Assembly: GCA_023476545.1 (NCBI GenBank) | Contig: JAMCYP010000023.1 | Coordinates: 1 to 61,290 of the forward strand | DNA length: 61,290 nucleotides | Direction of reading: 5' to 3' | Origin: Candidatus Marsarchaeota archaeon | GTDB lineage: Archaea; Micrarchaeota; Micrarchaeia; Micrarchaeales; CABMGC01 | Shown: piece by piece, positions 37,716 through 47,597 of the stretch | Position numbering within the stretch: the stretch's first letter is position 1 | Layout: each line of letters starts with the position of its first letter | Program-made: the position numbers and the translations under genes | Notes under the pieces: generated by a model | What the model was told of the DNA's origin: nothing | The model's input: only the letters and a program-made list of their open reading frames with translations | The model's database searches: none

Positions 37716-38234
37716 ATGGCTGTAAACCAGGAAGATGTGAAGGCCGCAAAGAGCATACTGTGGCCCGATGAGACCGTAGAGGTTACAGCCAAGCAGAGGC
37801 GCATCGGCCCGGGCGGATCGGCCACCTCTCCCACATCAGTCCTCGCAACAGACAAACGCATAATCATACTAAACAGAGCAAGTCTGGGCATAAGGCAGGA
37901 CTATGAAGTTATCCCTTACAAGCAAGTGACCAGCGTCAGGCTTGAGCACGGGGTCCTCTCCTCTTCGGTGTTCATACGCGTGCAGGGTTACGACAGGGAC
38001 CAGGGTCTGCTGAAGAACGGAAAGGAGGAGGGAGAGATAGACGGACTTAACAATGCAGACGCCAAGGCGCTGGCGGACTTCCTCAACAAGAAGCTTGACG
38101 ACGCTGCCTCATCCCCAGAGGCCGGCGAAACGGACAGTGGCGCAGTGGGATCCCGATACTGCACCCAGTGCGGCAACAGGAATCCCGCCTCGTCGAAGTT
38201 CTGCTCCAAGTGCGGCGCTTCCCTCGGAAGATAG
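37716..38234 (+). CDS. bacterial-type PH (bPH) domain protein with C-terminal zinc ribbon
   Basis: 'ILWPDETVEV...VLATDKRIIILN...IPYKQVTSVRLEHGVLSSSVFIRV' is bPH-like. The C-terminus is 'YCTQCGNRNPASSKFCSKCGASL'. Confidence 0.65.
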   Translation: MAVNQEDVKAAKSILWPDETVEVTAKQRRIGPGGSATSPTSVLATDKRIIILNRASLGIRQDYEVIPYKQVTSVRLEHGVLSSSVFIRVQGYDRDQGLLKNGKEEGEIDGLNNADAKALADFLNKKLDDAASSPEAGETDSGAVGSRYCTQCGNRNPASSKFCSKCGASLGR

Positions 38235-38242
38235 CGAAGCGG

Positions 38243-38298
38243 AAAGGTATAAAAAGCTGTTCTTGCCTAAATTAGGATTATATACCCATAAAAAATAC
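38243..38298 (+). promoter_or_regulatory. candidate thermosome promoter region (two TATA-like boxes)
   Basis: 'AAAGGTATAAAAAG' (38243-38256) and 'TTATATACCCATAAAAAATA' (38278-38297) lie in the 120-nt gap upstream of the thermosome ATG. No TSS data. Confidence 0.35.
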
Positions 38299-38354
38299 AA
38301 CACAGTTTCTACGCGATTTGGGGGAATGACTTACACGCTAATTTGAGTGGTAAC

Positions 38355-40004
38355 ATGGCAGAAAACCAACTAGGACAGCAATATATGATATTGCCCGAGG
38401 GGGCAAGCAGGATTCTCGGAAGGGAGGCTCAGCGGACCAACATAGCAGTTGGCTACGCCGTGTCGAGCATAGTCAGGAGCACGCTCGGCCCAAAGGGCAT
38501 GGACAAGATGCTCGTGAGCGAACTTGGAGACATAGTCATAACGAACGACGGCGCCTCCATACTGGAGGAGATGAACGTTGAGCACCCTGTGGCAAAGCTC
38601 ATGGTAGAGATAGCGAAGAGCCAGGACAAGGAGGTTGGCGACGGCACCACGACCGCCGTCATAATCGCCGGAGAGCTCCTCAAGAACGCCGGGGATCTCA
38701 TAGAGAAGGGCATAAACCCAAACACCATAATTAAGGGATACGAGATGGCTGCCGGCAAGTCAAAAGACCTGCTGCTCGACTGCGCGGAGTCAATAATGCT
38801 GAGCGACGACGACAAACTTGAGAAGATCGCCATGGTGTCCGTAGGCTCGAAGAACATAGGCAACGATGCAACCCGCAAATACCTGTCAAAGCTCGCAATA
38901 CAGGCGATAAAGCAGGTCGCTGAGAAGCACGACAACAAGCTGGTTATAGACAAGGACTTCATCAAGCTAGAGAAGAAGGAGGGTGGAAGCGTCGAGGACA
39001 CCCAGTACATAAACGGGGTGCTCGTGGACAAGGAGGTAGCACATCCCGGAATGCCCAAGACGATCAAGAACGCAAAGATCGCCCTGCTAGACCTTGCGCT
39101 TGAGATAGAGAAGACCGAGACGGACGCAAGGATCGAGATAACGTCGCCTGAGCAGATGCAGAGCTTCCTCCAGCAGGAGGAGAAGATGCTCAAGGGCATG
39201 GCTGACAAGGCAGCGAAGAGCGGTGCCACGGTTCTCTTCGTGCAGAAGGGAATAGATGATGTAGCGCAGCACTACCTGGCCAAGGCGGGGCTTCTGGCCG
39301 TCAGGAGGGTCAAGAAGAGCGACATGGAGAAGCTGTCGAAGGCAACAGGCGCGAAGGTTGTCACGAGCCTAGACGATCTCACCTCTGGCGACCTCGGATT
39401 CGCTGGAATGGTAGAGGAGAGGAAGATCTCAGGAGAGCAGATGGTCTTCGTCGAGAAGTGCAAGGACCCTAAGAGCGTCACCATATTCGTGCGCGGAGGG
39501 ACAAAGCAGGTCGTGGACGAGACCGAGCGCGCGATCACCGATGAGATAGGCGCGCTTGCGAGCGCGCTTGAGGTAGGCAAGTATGTCTATGGAGGCGGCA
39601 GCACGGAGGAGTTCGTGGCCAAGGGGCTGCGCGACTACTCTGGCAACGTTGGCGGCAGGGAGCAGCTTGCTATACAGGCCTTCGCCGACGCGCTAGAAGC
39701 CATACCAAAGACCCTTGCAGACAGCGCCGGCATGGACGCGATAGATACGATCGTCCAGCTCAGGAGCAAGCAGAAGGGCAAGGAGGGGAGGAGCTACGGC
39801 GTAGACGTGCACCGCGGGGTAATCAGCGACATGGACAGGCTCGGAGTCATAGAGCCGGTGAAGATAAAGCAGCAGGCTATATCGAGCGCCATGGAGGCAA
39901 GCGTGCAGATCCTTAGGATAGACGACATGATAAGCAGCAAGGGCAGCAGGCCTGCAGGACCTCCAGGAGGAGGCATGCCTGGAATGGGAGGAGAGGCGGA
40001 CTAG
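38355..40004 (+). CDS. ths: thermosome subunit (group II chaperonin)
   Basis: 'LGPKGMDKMLV', 'ITNDGASIL' and 'VGDGTTTAVIIAGELL'. C-terminal 'GGMPGMGG' tail. ATG 38355 preferred over TTG 38343. Confidence 0.95.
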   Translation: MAENQLGQQYMILPEGASRILGREAQRTNIAVGYAVSSIVRSTLGPKGMDKMLVSELGDIVITNDGASILEEMNVEHPVAKLMVEIAKSQDKEVGDGTTTAVIIAGELLKNAGDLIEKGINPNTIIKGYEMAAGKSKDLLLDCAESIMLSDDDKLEKIAMVSVGSKNIGNDATRKYLSKLAIQAIKQVAEKHDNKLVIDKDFIKLEKKEGGSVEDTQYINGVLVDKEVAHPGMPKTIKNAKIALLDLALEIEKTETDARIEITSPEQMQSFLQQEEKMLKGMADKAAKSGATVLFVQKGIDDVAQHYLAKAGLLAVRRVKKSDMEKLSKATGAKVVTSLDDLTSGDLGFAGMVEERKISGEQMVFVEKCKDPKSVTIFVRGGTKQVVDETERAITDEIGALASALEVGKYVYGGGSTEEFVAKGLRDYSGNVGGREQLAIQAFADALEAIPKTLADSAGMDAIDTIVQLRSKQKGKEGRSYGVDVHRGVISDMDRLGVIEPVKIKQQAISSAMEASVQILRIDDMISSKGSRPAGPPGGGMPGMGGEAD

Positions 40005-40058
40005 GCTAGTCTGGCCTCTTTTATACCTTTCCTGCCCACTCTTACAGGATGTGCTCCG

Positions 40059-40628
40059 ATGTCAAGTCTCTTTCTCGTGCTGGGCACGCAGGGGGCAGGA
40101 AAGACCACCACGCTCAAAGGCGTAAGGGACGCCAAGACCGTTAGCATTGGCACCGAGATGCTGAACGCATATTCTAAAGCCACAGGGATAAAGGACAGGG
40201 ACGAAACAAGGAAGCTGGGAATACTTGACGTCAAACGCGATGCCCGAATAAGGAATGGCGTGCTCAGGCGGATCTCGCGGATGAGCGGCACCATCGCCCT
40301 GGACACGCACGCCAGCCTGAAGACAGGAGACGGATACTTTGCAGGCTTCTCTTTCGCAGACCTTGATATGATGAGGGGAGCAACCAAGGCAATAATATAT
40401 GTTGACGCACCAACTAAACAGATACTGGAGCGGAGAAAGAGGGACAAGGGCAGGAGGCGCGAGAACGACAGCGAGGAAGAGATAGACATGCACAGGAAGC
40501 TGAACCTCGCATTCACCGCCATATACGCCATGCGGCTACAGGTGCCTGTGTTTGTGGTCGATAACCCAAATGGCGCCATCCGCGCCACGCAGAAAAGGGT
40601 GCAGGAGATAATAAGCAAGATGAAGTGA
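40059..40628 (+). CDS. adkA: adenylate kinase, archaeal type
   Basis: P-loop 'VLGTQGAGKTTT', 'DRDETRKL' and 'DTHASLKTGDGYFAGF' parallel archaeal AdkA. Position upstream of DUF106-L34e-cmk-L14e matches the conserved archaeal cluster. Confidence 0.8.
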   Translation: MSSLFLVLGTQGAGKTTTLKGVRDAKTVSIGTEMLNAYSKATGIKDRDETRKLGILDVKRDARIRNGVLRRISRMSGTIALDTHASLKTGDGYFAGFSFADLDMMRGATKAIIYVDAPTKQILERRKRDKGRRRENDSEEEIDMHRKLNLAFTAIYAMRLQVPVFVVDNPNGAIRATQKRVQEIISKMK

Positions 40629-40632
40629 AGAT

Positions 40633-41100
40633 ATGGTTCTTGGCATTGAGCTAACGATAATAGCAGTGATATACGTCTTCTTCTCAGTAGGCGTTCAGAG
40701 GAAACTCGTCGACATGAAGCACATGCAGGAGGTTCAGGAAGTGATAAAGCAGAAGAGCAAGGAACTGAACGAGATGGCGAAGAACAAGGAGAGCCAAGAG
40801 AAGCTCATGGCGAAACAGAAGGAGGTCACGTCTCTCCTTGGCCAGAGCATGAGGTCGCAGCTGAAGCCGATGTTCGTGGTTCTTCCGATATTCTTCGTCG
40901 TCTACTACCTCGTCTTTCCTGCGGTCTTCCCGTCGACGCTGAAGGTAACGGTTCCGCTCATATCTGTCACGCTCGGATACCAGACGTACTTCATAGCGGT
41001 CGCATTCGTGCTCGGCCTGGCGCTCTCCGGAGGGCTCATGCTGAGGGACAGGCTGAGGCTGGCGAAGGAGAAGAGACTGGCAGCGGAAGTGCAGCAGTAA
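40633..41100 (+). CDS. DUF106 / EMC3-TMCO1-like membrane protein (archaeal YidC/Oxa1-like insertase candidate)
   Basis: 155 aa. TM1, then a charged coiled-coil hairpin 'KHMQEVQEVIKQKSKELNEMAKNKESQEKLMAKQKEV', then two TM helices. Conserved position between adk and rpl34e. Confidence 0.65.
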   Translation: MVLGIELTIIAVIYVFFSVGVQRKLVDMKHMQEVQEVIKQKSKELNEMAKNKESQEKLMAKQKEVTSLLGQSMRSQLKPMFVVLPIFFVVYYLVFPAVFPSTLKVTVPLISVTLGYQTYFIAVAFVLGLALSGGLMLRDRLRLAKEKRLAAEVQQ

Positions 41101-41150
41101 GCTATTTATGCCTTAGATGAGCAAGCATATTCTCTATTTCAGGTATCAAC

Positions 41151-41477
41151 ATGCCTAAGCCAATGCATAGGTCAAGAAGCTTCAGGAGACTAGACAGGGT
41201 CACGCCTAGCGGAAAGCATGTGCTCCACTTCGAGCGCAAGAAGGCGAAGTTTCCTCACTGCGCCATATGCAGAATGGAGCTCAACGGAATTAACTCCGGA
41301 GACAACGCAAAAGGCAAGAGCAGGAAGAGCAACTCAAGGATATTCGGCGGCATACTCTGCGCCTCGTGTACAGCCGAGGTCGTCAAGCTCGCCAGCCGTA
41401 TCGAGAACGGGGAGATGCGCGTCGGGGACATAGGCACGAGGCAGAGAACATACGTACTGCAGATGATCGCTCACTGA
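41151..41477 (+). CDS. rpl34e: ribosomal protein L34e (eL34)
   Basis: 'HRSRSFRRLDRVTPSGKHVLHFERKKAKFPHCAIC' is the typical eL34 N-terminus. Confidence 0.88.
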   Translation: MPKPMHRSRSFRRLDRVTPSGKHVLHFERKKAKFPHCAICRMELNGINSGDNAKGKSRKSNSRIFGGILCASCTAEVVKLASRIENGEMRVGDIGTRQRTYVLQMIAH

Positions 41478-41523
41478 GCGCATCATTCGTCAGCCATATT
41501 AATTCCGCGGGTCAAAGCAAAAT

Positions 41524-42081
41524 ATGAAGGCGCTCATTCTTTCAGGTATGCCTGCTGCTGGCAAAACCACCGTGGCAACTGCCATAGCCCAAAAGGCAGG
41601 GATACCTGCGCTCGGGGGCGGAGACATCCTTAAGGAGATGGCCAGGGAACGCGGATACACGGTGACTGGCGAGGGCTGGTGGGACACCAATGACGGAATA
41701 CGCTTCCTTCGCGAGCGCGAATCCAATCCGGATTTCGACAAGGAAGCAGACAGGCGAATGATAGAGAAGATAGAAAGAGGAAGCATAGTGGTTACGAGCT
41801 ATACTATGCCGTGGCTCTCAAAGAGCGGGATCAAGTGCTGGCTCGATGCCTCGGCTGGCACCCGCGCCAAGCGCATGGTCGTCAGGGATTCTATGCCTTT
41901 GGAGAAGGCAGCGCGGGTAGTTGCCCTAAGAGACAAGGAGAACCACGACCTCTACCTGAAGATGTATGGAATAGATCTTGGTGCTGACATGAAACCTTTT
42001 AATATAATTGTTGACGTTAATACTAAGACGCAAGACGAGATTGCTGAAGATATACTGAATGAGGCAAAAAGGTACGAATAA
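41524..42081 (+). CDS. cmk: (d)CMP kinase, archaeal type
   Basis: P-loop 'LSGMPAAGKTTVA'. 185 aa. Conserved position between rpl34e and rpl14e. Confidence 0.8.
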   Translation: MKALILSGMPAAGKTTVATAIAQKAGIPALGGGDILKEMARERGYTVTGEGWWDTNDGIRFLRERESNPDFDKEADRRMIEKIERGSIVVTSYTMPWLSKSGIKCWLDASAGTRAKRMVVRDSMPLEKAARVVALRDKENHDLYLKMYGIDLGADMKPFNIIVDVNTKTQDEIAEDILNEAKRYE

Positions 42082-42099
42082 TTTGCAAGACGTGAGATC

Positions 42100-42339
42100 A
42101 TGGGTTTGGTAGAAGTAGGAAGAGTATGCGTGAAGAAGTTCGGAAGGGACGCGGGCAAACGCGCGGTGGTCACGAAGGTCATAGACGCGAATTTTGTACA
42201 CATAATGACTTCTGTAAGGCTGAAGGAGCGAAAGTGCAACGTTAAGCACCTGGAGTTCCTTTCCGAGAAGGTCGACCCTAAAAGCAAAGAGCAGGTCGCC
42301 AAAGCTCTTGAGGTAGAGGCGGCCAAGGTTAAGGTCTGA
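42100..42339 (+). CDS. rpl14e: ribosomal protein L14e (eL14)
   Basis: 79 aa. KOW-like 'VEVGRVCVKKFGRDAGKRAVVTKVID'. Confidence 0.85.
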   Translation: MGLVEVGRVCVKKFGRDAGKRAVVTKVIDANFVHIMTSVRLKERKCNVKHLEFLSEKVDPKSKEQVAKALEVEAAKVKV

Positions 42340-42341
42340 AC

Positions 42342-43649
42342 ATGGCCTTCAAGATCGGGCCGAAGATAAAGAACGTTATCAAGAGAGACAGCAGGGTCAT
42401 CTTCACCACGACAAGGGAGGCATTCCCTTTCGTCGCCGATCACGGGAACGGGGACTTTATCTTCGATATAGAAGGCAACAAGTTCATCGATTTTTCAAGT
42501 TTCGTCAGCTGCTACAATCTTGGGATAAACGGCAACGCGCAGATAAGAACCGCTGCGAAGAAGCAGATCGACAGACTGATGCACGGCATGTTCATGGATT
42601 ACTACGAAGCCTCGCCTGTGGCGCTGGCAGAGAAGCTGGTGAAGATGCTGCCTCCTGGCTTCGGACGCGTGTTCTTCTCAAATTCTGGCACCGAAGCAAA
42701 CGAAGACGCGATAAAGCTCGTAAAGCTGTTCACGAAGAGGCGGCACATAATTGGGTTCTACGGCGCATTCCACGGCAGGTCGCTTGGTTCCCTGGCGCTG
42801 ACCGCATCGAAGACGCCGCACCGCGCGCACTTCGGCCCGTTTGTCAACGTTTCGCATGTGCCGTACCCTGACCCATACAGGTTCAACGGCGATCCTGAGG
42901 AATGCTCCCAGGCAAGCATAGACTTCATAGAAGAAAACATACTGGGACGAACGGTTCCCCAGGAAGAGGTTGCGGCCATCTTCTTCGAACCCATACAGGG
43001 AGAAGGAGGATATGTGGTTCCACCGAGAGGATTCTTCAAACAACTGAGGAAGCTCGCCAATGAGCACGGGATACTCCTTGTCGATGACGAGATACAGGCA
43101 GGCTACATGCGCACAGGAAAGTTCCTCGCACTTGACAACTTTGGCGCCACTGCTGACGTCTACACATTTGCGAAATCTTTCGGCGCAGGCTTCCCGCTGG
43201 CGGCCACAGTGGCCAGGAGATCGCTTGGAGACACGCCTTCTGGCGCCCACGCTGGAACGTTCGGCGGAAACCTTGTCGCTACGGCTGCGGCAACAGCTTC
43301 TCTAGACTATCTCAGGCGCAACATGCGCAGCATGCAGCACGGCATAGTCAGGAAGGGCGCCAAGATCATGAAGAGGATGAACGAGATAAAGGACGAGTAC
43401 GAGTACGTCGGTGACGTGCGCGGCATAGGATTGATGATCGGCGTCGAGTTTGTTAAGTCCAAGGAGCGCAAGGAGTACGCGACGAAGGAACGCGATAAAG
43501 TCGTAATGGACTGCTTCCAGAAGGGACTGGTTGTGCTTCCGGCAGGAAGATCTGCCATGAGGATAATCCCGCCGCTGACGGTGTCTGACAGCAGCATAGA
43601 CAAGGGGCTTGACATACTTGAAGAAGCGATCAAGAGCAACTCGAAGTAA
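42342..43649 (+). CDS. class-III PLP-dependent aminotransferase (acetylornithine/GABA aminotransferase family)
   Basis: 'FSNSGTEANEDAIK', 'EPIQGEGGY', 'LLVDDEIQAGYMRTGKF' and the PLP-Lys region 'FAKSFGAGFPL'. Substrate not assignable from sequence alone. Confidence 0.85.
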   Translation: MAFKIGPKIKNVIKRDSRVIFTTTREAFPFVADHGNGDFIFDIEGNKFIDFSSFVSCYNLGINGNAQIRTAAKKQIDRLMHGMFMDYYEASPVALAEKLVKMLPPGFGRVFFSNSGTEANEDAIKLVKLFTKRRHIIGFYGAFHGRSLGSLALTASKTPHRAHFGPFVNVSHVPYPDPYRFNGDPEECSQASIDFIEENILGRTVPQEEVAAIFFEPIQGEGGYVVPPRGFFKQLRKLANEHGILLVDDEIQAGYMRTGKFLALDNFGATADVYTFAKSFGAGFPLAATVARRSLGDTPSGAHAGTFGGNLVATAAATASLDYLRRNMRSMQHGIVRKGAKIMKRMNEIKDEYEYVGDVRGIGLMIGVEFVKSKERKEYATKERDKVVMDCFQKGLVVLPAGRSAMRIIPPLTVSDSSIDKGLDILEEAIKSNSK

Positions 43650-44163
43650 CCTGCGAACATCTGCGCACCAGGTCTCCGCAGGAACCATAGTGTTCACGAT
43701 CCACAGGGGCACGATAAAGTTCCTGCTGCTGAAGCAGAACAACGCCTTCTACGGAAGGGACACGAGCCACGATACTTTTGACCTCGGGCCAAAGGGCCAC
43801 CTGAGCAAGGGCGAGAGCTACCTGCAGGCTGCAAAGAGGGAGCTGAAGGAGGAGACTGGGCTCAACCTCCATGTGGATACAAATTTCATGCATGAGGAGT
43901 CGTACACGTTCAGCGAGCAGAACAGCCTGACTCATAAGCGGATGACTGTGGACAAGAAGGTGGTATACTTTATCGCATTCGCGCATGACAAAGACATAAG
44001 GCAGATTGCGCTGTCGCCTGAGCACACAAAGTACTACCTGCTTCCATTGAACGAGATGCTCTCTCGCCTTAGGTACGATAACCAGCGGGCACTGGTGCGC
44101 CAGGCAGACGAGTACGTAAGGGCGAACTACCTTCCCTACATGAAGTTGACCAAGTTGAACTGA
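43609..44163 (+). CDS. Nudix hydrolase
   Basis: Nudix box 'GHLSKGESYLQAAKRELKEETGL'. The start is uncertain: ATG 43609 overlaps the aminotransferase gene by 41 nt, and GTG 43690 is the alternative. The 3' end overlaps the convergent DP2 gene by 28 nt. Confidence 0.8.
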   Translation: MTYLKKRSRATRSNLRTSAHQVSAGTIVFTIHRGTIKFLLLKQNNAFYGRDTSHDTFDLGPKGHLSKGESYLQAAKRELKEETGLNLHVDTNFMHEESYTFSEQNSLTHKRMTVDKKVVYFIAFAHDKDIRQIALSPEHTKYYLLPLNEMLSRLRYDNQRALVRQADEYVRANYLPYMKLTKLN

Positions 44164-47100
44164 CCCCTGTTCTCCTCAACGTTCAGCTCCAGGCTCCCGA
44201 ACAGGTTATCTATCTCGTCCTTTATGAGTTGCAGCCTCTGCTTGGTGTACACGTCAAGATTGTATCTGTCCGCGAGCTTTATCGACGTATTGAGGTACTT
44301 CTCTATGCTGCCCTTGGATATGGTCAACAGGAGCTTGCCTCCGCAGCGTGTGCATTTTCCGCATAACGGCACGCGCCGATACTTGGCGTTGCACCCGGCG
44401 CACCTGAACTGCTGCCTTGAGAACGAGTGAAGGTTTCCTATAAGGTCGCGTATGAAGTGGCCGTTGATGAGCCTCCTTGCAGCGTCGCGCTTGTCTATTG
44501 ATTCGAGCATGTCCATTATCCTGAATTCTGTCTCTATCTTCTCGTCCATTGTCTTCAGAACAGTGTAGATGCTCTTCTTTGGCGAGTTCCTTATTGCGTT
44601 AACAGAAGAGTCGTGGGTGAACATCAGGTGGTCGAACGCGCCTGCGGTGCCTAAGCGCGTCTCGACCAGTTCCACCTTCGCTTCGGCCGGAGGCGCTCCA
44701 GCGAATGTTTTATTGTAGAACTCCAGTCCGTAGCTGCCGTTAACTTCCATCGCGTGCACCTCGTCGTCTACCTCCTCTGGCTTGACCCTCGTGGTGAGCA
44801 GCAGTGGTTCGTCCATCGTGCCGCCAATGGTAACCGGCAGGTAGTCTCTGGAGAAGTTGATTAGCGTATCCAGAAGCAGCATAGTGGTATCTTCGTCGCC
44901 GTCCGCGTTTCTCCTTCTGGCGCAGATCGTGTATGGGTGGGCAAAGCCCACATTCGCGTCAGTAAAGCCCAGAAGCCTGTTGAGAACAGCGCACGACGTA
45001 TGCGGCGAAAGCGTCAGCACCAACTGCCCTACCAGGTCGTGCGCGGTCTTCGCGTTATAGAAAGCATCGATCCCGTACAGCCGCTGCAGCATCTCATCGA
45101 CAAACCTGGAGATGCTCAAAAGATACTCTGCTCCTCTCTTGTTGATTATTACGTCCTGGTGCTTCATCTCCAGCAGCTGGTCGTCGTTCTCTAGGGGCTT
45201 GCCCTCATAGTCTGTCGTATAGCCCATCTCTTTCAGCTTCTCCACCCCAACTCCAATCTCTCTTGGATAAAAGTGGGTTATAGGCATGTCCGTAGCATCA
45301 AATCTGGCGGTACCATCCTTGAATATGAACACATTGAACATCGCACGGAGTATGCCTTTCTCAATGGGCTCTGCGATCTTGTTCTTGTTCATCAGCCCCT
45401 TCACCCCCTTGACCACCTTCGGGAGCCTGGGAGAACCGAGTCTGCCTATAGCATTGGTGACTAGTCCTGAGAAGTTCACGCCCCGCTGATCATAGGCAAC
45501 GGTTTCGCTTCCACATCGCACGCAGGTGTCCCCTTCCTGCCTGGTTCCACACTTGCTGCATACGCGCTCTATGTTTGCATGCACGCTGCATTTGTAGCAC
45601 CACGGGGAGTCGAGCCTGCTTCCGCAGTTTTTGCATACATAGCGCGCCAGTTCCACCTTGACTCCAGAATTTCCGAACCTCTTGGCCTCTGAAGCATAAG
45701 CGTTGGCTATGTTTCTCTCCTTTCCTCCTTCATACCCTACGGGGAAGAGCACATTTGGCGCAGGCACCATCAGCCTCTCCCCTGCCTTTTCAGGCCTGCC
45801 TATCCTGGCGCCTATGAAGGTAGACCTCTTCATCAACTTTACAGTGGAGAGCGAATTGAGCAGTGCAAGAGTGCCTTCTTTCGATTCATACTTGTCCGTC
45901 ACGTCTGTGTTTATGCGCCCTTCCCTGTCCTGTACGAAACCGAACGAGACCAGTAGGCTCTGCGCGAACTCTTTAGCTATCTTTATGTTTTCGCCTTCGG
46001 GTTTTGCGGGCACCATGAGCAGCTCAAGCGCGTCATTCAGCTGCTCATTGCCTGCCGCATCCCCGAGCACGAGCCCGTCTATCTCAAAGAGGCTCTTTCC
46101 GGGAGTAACGCTCTTGGCGATGGTCTGCACAAGCAACCTCAGCTGATCTTCGCTCACAGCCTGAAACTCAAAAAGGAACCTCGGATGCAGCGGCACGCCG
46201 TACTTGAGCGACGCGGCAAAAGCGTCCTCAAAGCTCATCTCTCTGTGTGCGTCCTTCTCCACCTTCCCTCCCGCAGCCTGCAGCTCAGCGCTCCATAGCT
46301 CCTCTACGTAGCTGCTTGGCTGGAGCGGCGTGTTCGTCTTCTTGAAATCGCCATAGGTCACCAGTATGTCCCCCAGGGAGATTATCTTTACGATGTCCTT
46401 CCTCAGTTCAGATGCGGTCTCAGCATCGTTTATCCGCAGCGTCTCCCCCGAACGAAGCTTGACGAACGGCCCCTCGAGGGAGTCGACAGGCGCCGCTACG
46501 CATCCCTTGCCCGGCAGCTCTATCATCAGCTGCGTTCCTATGCCTATGAAGTCATCAAGCACTATCATGGTGGCCGGGCTGAAGCCTTTTGCGGCTATCC
46601 CAGTCATTCTGCTCCTCCCGTACCTTAGCCTGAACCCTCCGAAGTGCCTCGGATAGGCAAGCACGGGCCTGCCGGCGACCAGTTTCTCCAGGAATACCGC
46701 AGTCTCGGTCTTCGCGCCCTCTGCGCTCTTCTTCGCTTTGTCTATCTTTATTATGGAGTCGAGCCAGCCCCAGTCAAGCCCCGCCTTCTTCACCTCTCTG
46801 GAAACGCTCTTGGCCTTCTGCGCGATGCTGCTTACAACGAGGGGCACACCTCCCCTTATCCTATTGCTTATCGGCACATCCTTTCCCCCAAATCCTTTCC
46901 TGGAGAGGTTGGAGTGCACGCTTATCTCCATATCTTCGGTTGGCACGCCCTCAACGCATACTGGACAGTTGCCAACTATGGTGCGTATCTCATCAGGGTG
47001 CGGTTTGTACTGCAGCGGAACCACACGCTCGTGGTATATCTCGACCTCCTCAACATATCTCTCTATCTCGTCCTTTGTGGCCTTGTAGTCTCCTATGTTG

Positions 47101-47531
47101 AAGAACTTCCTGGCGTAATCGGCAAATGCCACAGACATTGCCACAGAGGTGCCCCCCGCGCTTCTTATGGGGCCGGCATAGAACACCGCTATGTAGTCTG
47201 AGTTGTCCTGGTTCTTGTAGTGCGATACGTACTGCACGCCTTCCGTTGGTGCAACCAGTACGCCGTCAGTCATTATCGCAAGCGCTACCCTCACCGCCAT
47301 CTCTATCCTCTTCACGGCTTCGTAGCCAGCAAACGCATCATTTGTGCATATGTCCTTGATCGTGGCGAAGATGAGCTCGCTCCTCGTCCTGCCCTTCTGG
47401 TTCTTGGATATAAGGTCGGCGAGTCCGTCTACTCCAATGAGTCCTTCCACCTTGCCAGCTATGTCAGGCGCGACTTTTATCTCCACATACGGCTTGGGAT
47501 CCAAGCCTACCGCTTTCGCTTTGCTGGCCAC
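44136..47531 (-). CDS. dp2: DNA polymerase II (PolD) large subunit DP2; coordinates given to the first canonical start (GTG), but the conserved N-terminus continues upstream to 47597
   Basis: 1131 aa. 'YYAGPIRSAGGT', 'GGFRLRYGRSR', several Cys4 Zn modules, 'ARRRNADGDEDT', and the C-terminal 'FRCAGCNAKYRRVPLCGKCTRCGG'. See the finding on the DP1/DP2 junction. Confidence 0.93.
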   Translation of the reverse strand: MASKAKAVGLDPKPYVEIKVAPDIAGKVEGLIGVDGLADLISKNQKGRTRSELIFATIKDICTNDAFAGYEAVKRIEMAVRVALAIMTDGVLVAPTEGVQYVSHYKNQDNSDYIAVFYAGPIRSAGGTSVAMSVAFADYARKFFNIGDYKATKDEIERYVEEVEIYHERVVPLQYKPHPDEIRTIVGNCPVCVEGVPTEDMEISVHSNLSRKGFGGKDVPISNRIRGGVPLVVSSIAQKAKSVSREVKKAGLDWGWLDSIIKIDKAKKSAEGAKTETAVFLEKLVAGRPVLAYPRHFGGFRLRYGRSRMTGIAAKGFSPATMIVLDDFIGIGTQLMIELPGKGCVAAPVDSLEGPFVKLRSGETLRINDAETASELRKDIVKIISLGDILVTYGDFKKTNTPLQPSSYVEELWSAELQAAGGKVEKDAHREMSFEDAFAASLKYGVPLHPRFLFEFQAVSEDQLRLLVQTIAKSVTPGKSLFEIDGLVLGDAAGNEQLNDALELLMVPAKPEGENIKIAKEFAQSLLVSFGFVQDREGRINTDVTDKYESKEGTLALLNSLSTVKLMKRSTFIGARIGRPEKAGERLMVPAPNVLFPVGYEGGKERNIANAYASEAKRFGNSGVKVELARYVCKNCGSRLDSPWCYKCSVHANIERVCSKCGTRQEGDTCVRCGSETVAYDQRGVNFSGLVTNAIGRLGSPRLPKVVKGVKGLMNKNKIAEPIEKGILRAMFNVFIFKDGTARFDATDMPITHFYPREIGVGVEKLKEMGYTTDYEGKPLENDDQLLEMKHQDVIINKRGAEYLLSISRFVDEMLQRLYGIDAFYNAKTAHDLVGQLVLTLSPHTSCAVLNRLLGFTDANVGFAHPYTICARRRNADGDEDTTMLLLDTLINFSRDYLPVTIGGTMDEPLLLTTRVKPEEVDDEVHAMEVNGSYGLEFYNKTFAGAPPAEAKVELVETRLGTAGAFDHLMFTHDSSVNAIRNSPKKSIYTVLKTMDEKIETEFRIMDMLESIDKRDAARRLINGHFIRDLIGNLHSFSRQQFRCAGCNAKYRRVPLCGKCTRCGGKLLLTISKGSIEKYLNTSIKLADRYNLDVYTKQRLQLIKDEIDNLFGSLELNVEENRGQFNLVNFM

Positions 47532-47597
47532 TTCGAATGCTAGCTTGAACTTGCTTTCAAGCGCCTCAAAATACTCTTCCGTATTCGCAAAATCCCC

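Noticed and set aside
38453-39229. Long antisense ORFs opposite strongly supported genes (also 827..1447, 2525..3160, 23443..24138, 40001..40618, 24677..25237, 14193..15035 and others)
   Set aside because: These are typical shadow ORFs in a mid/high-GC genome, with Ser/Leu/Arg/Pro/Cys-rich products. Each is fully contained in a gene with clear family motifs on the other strand.
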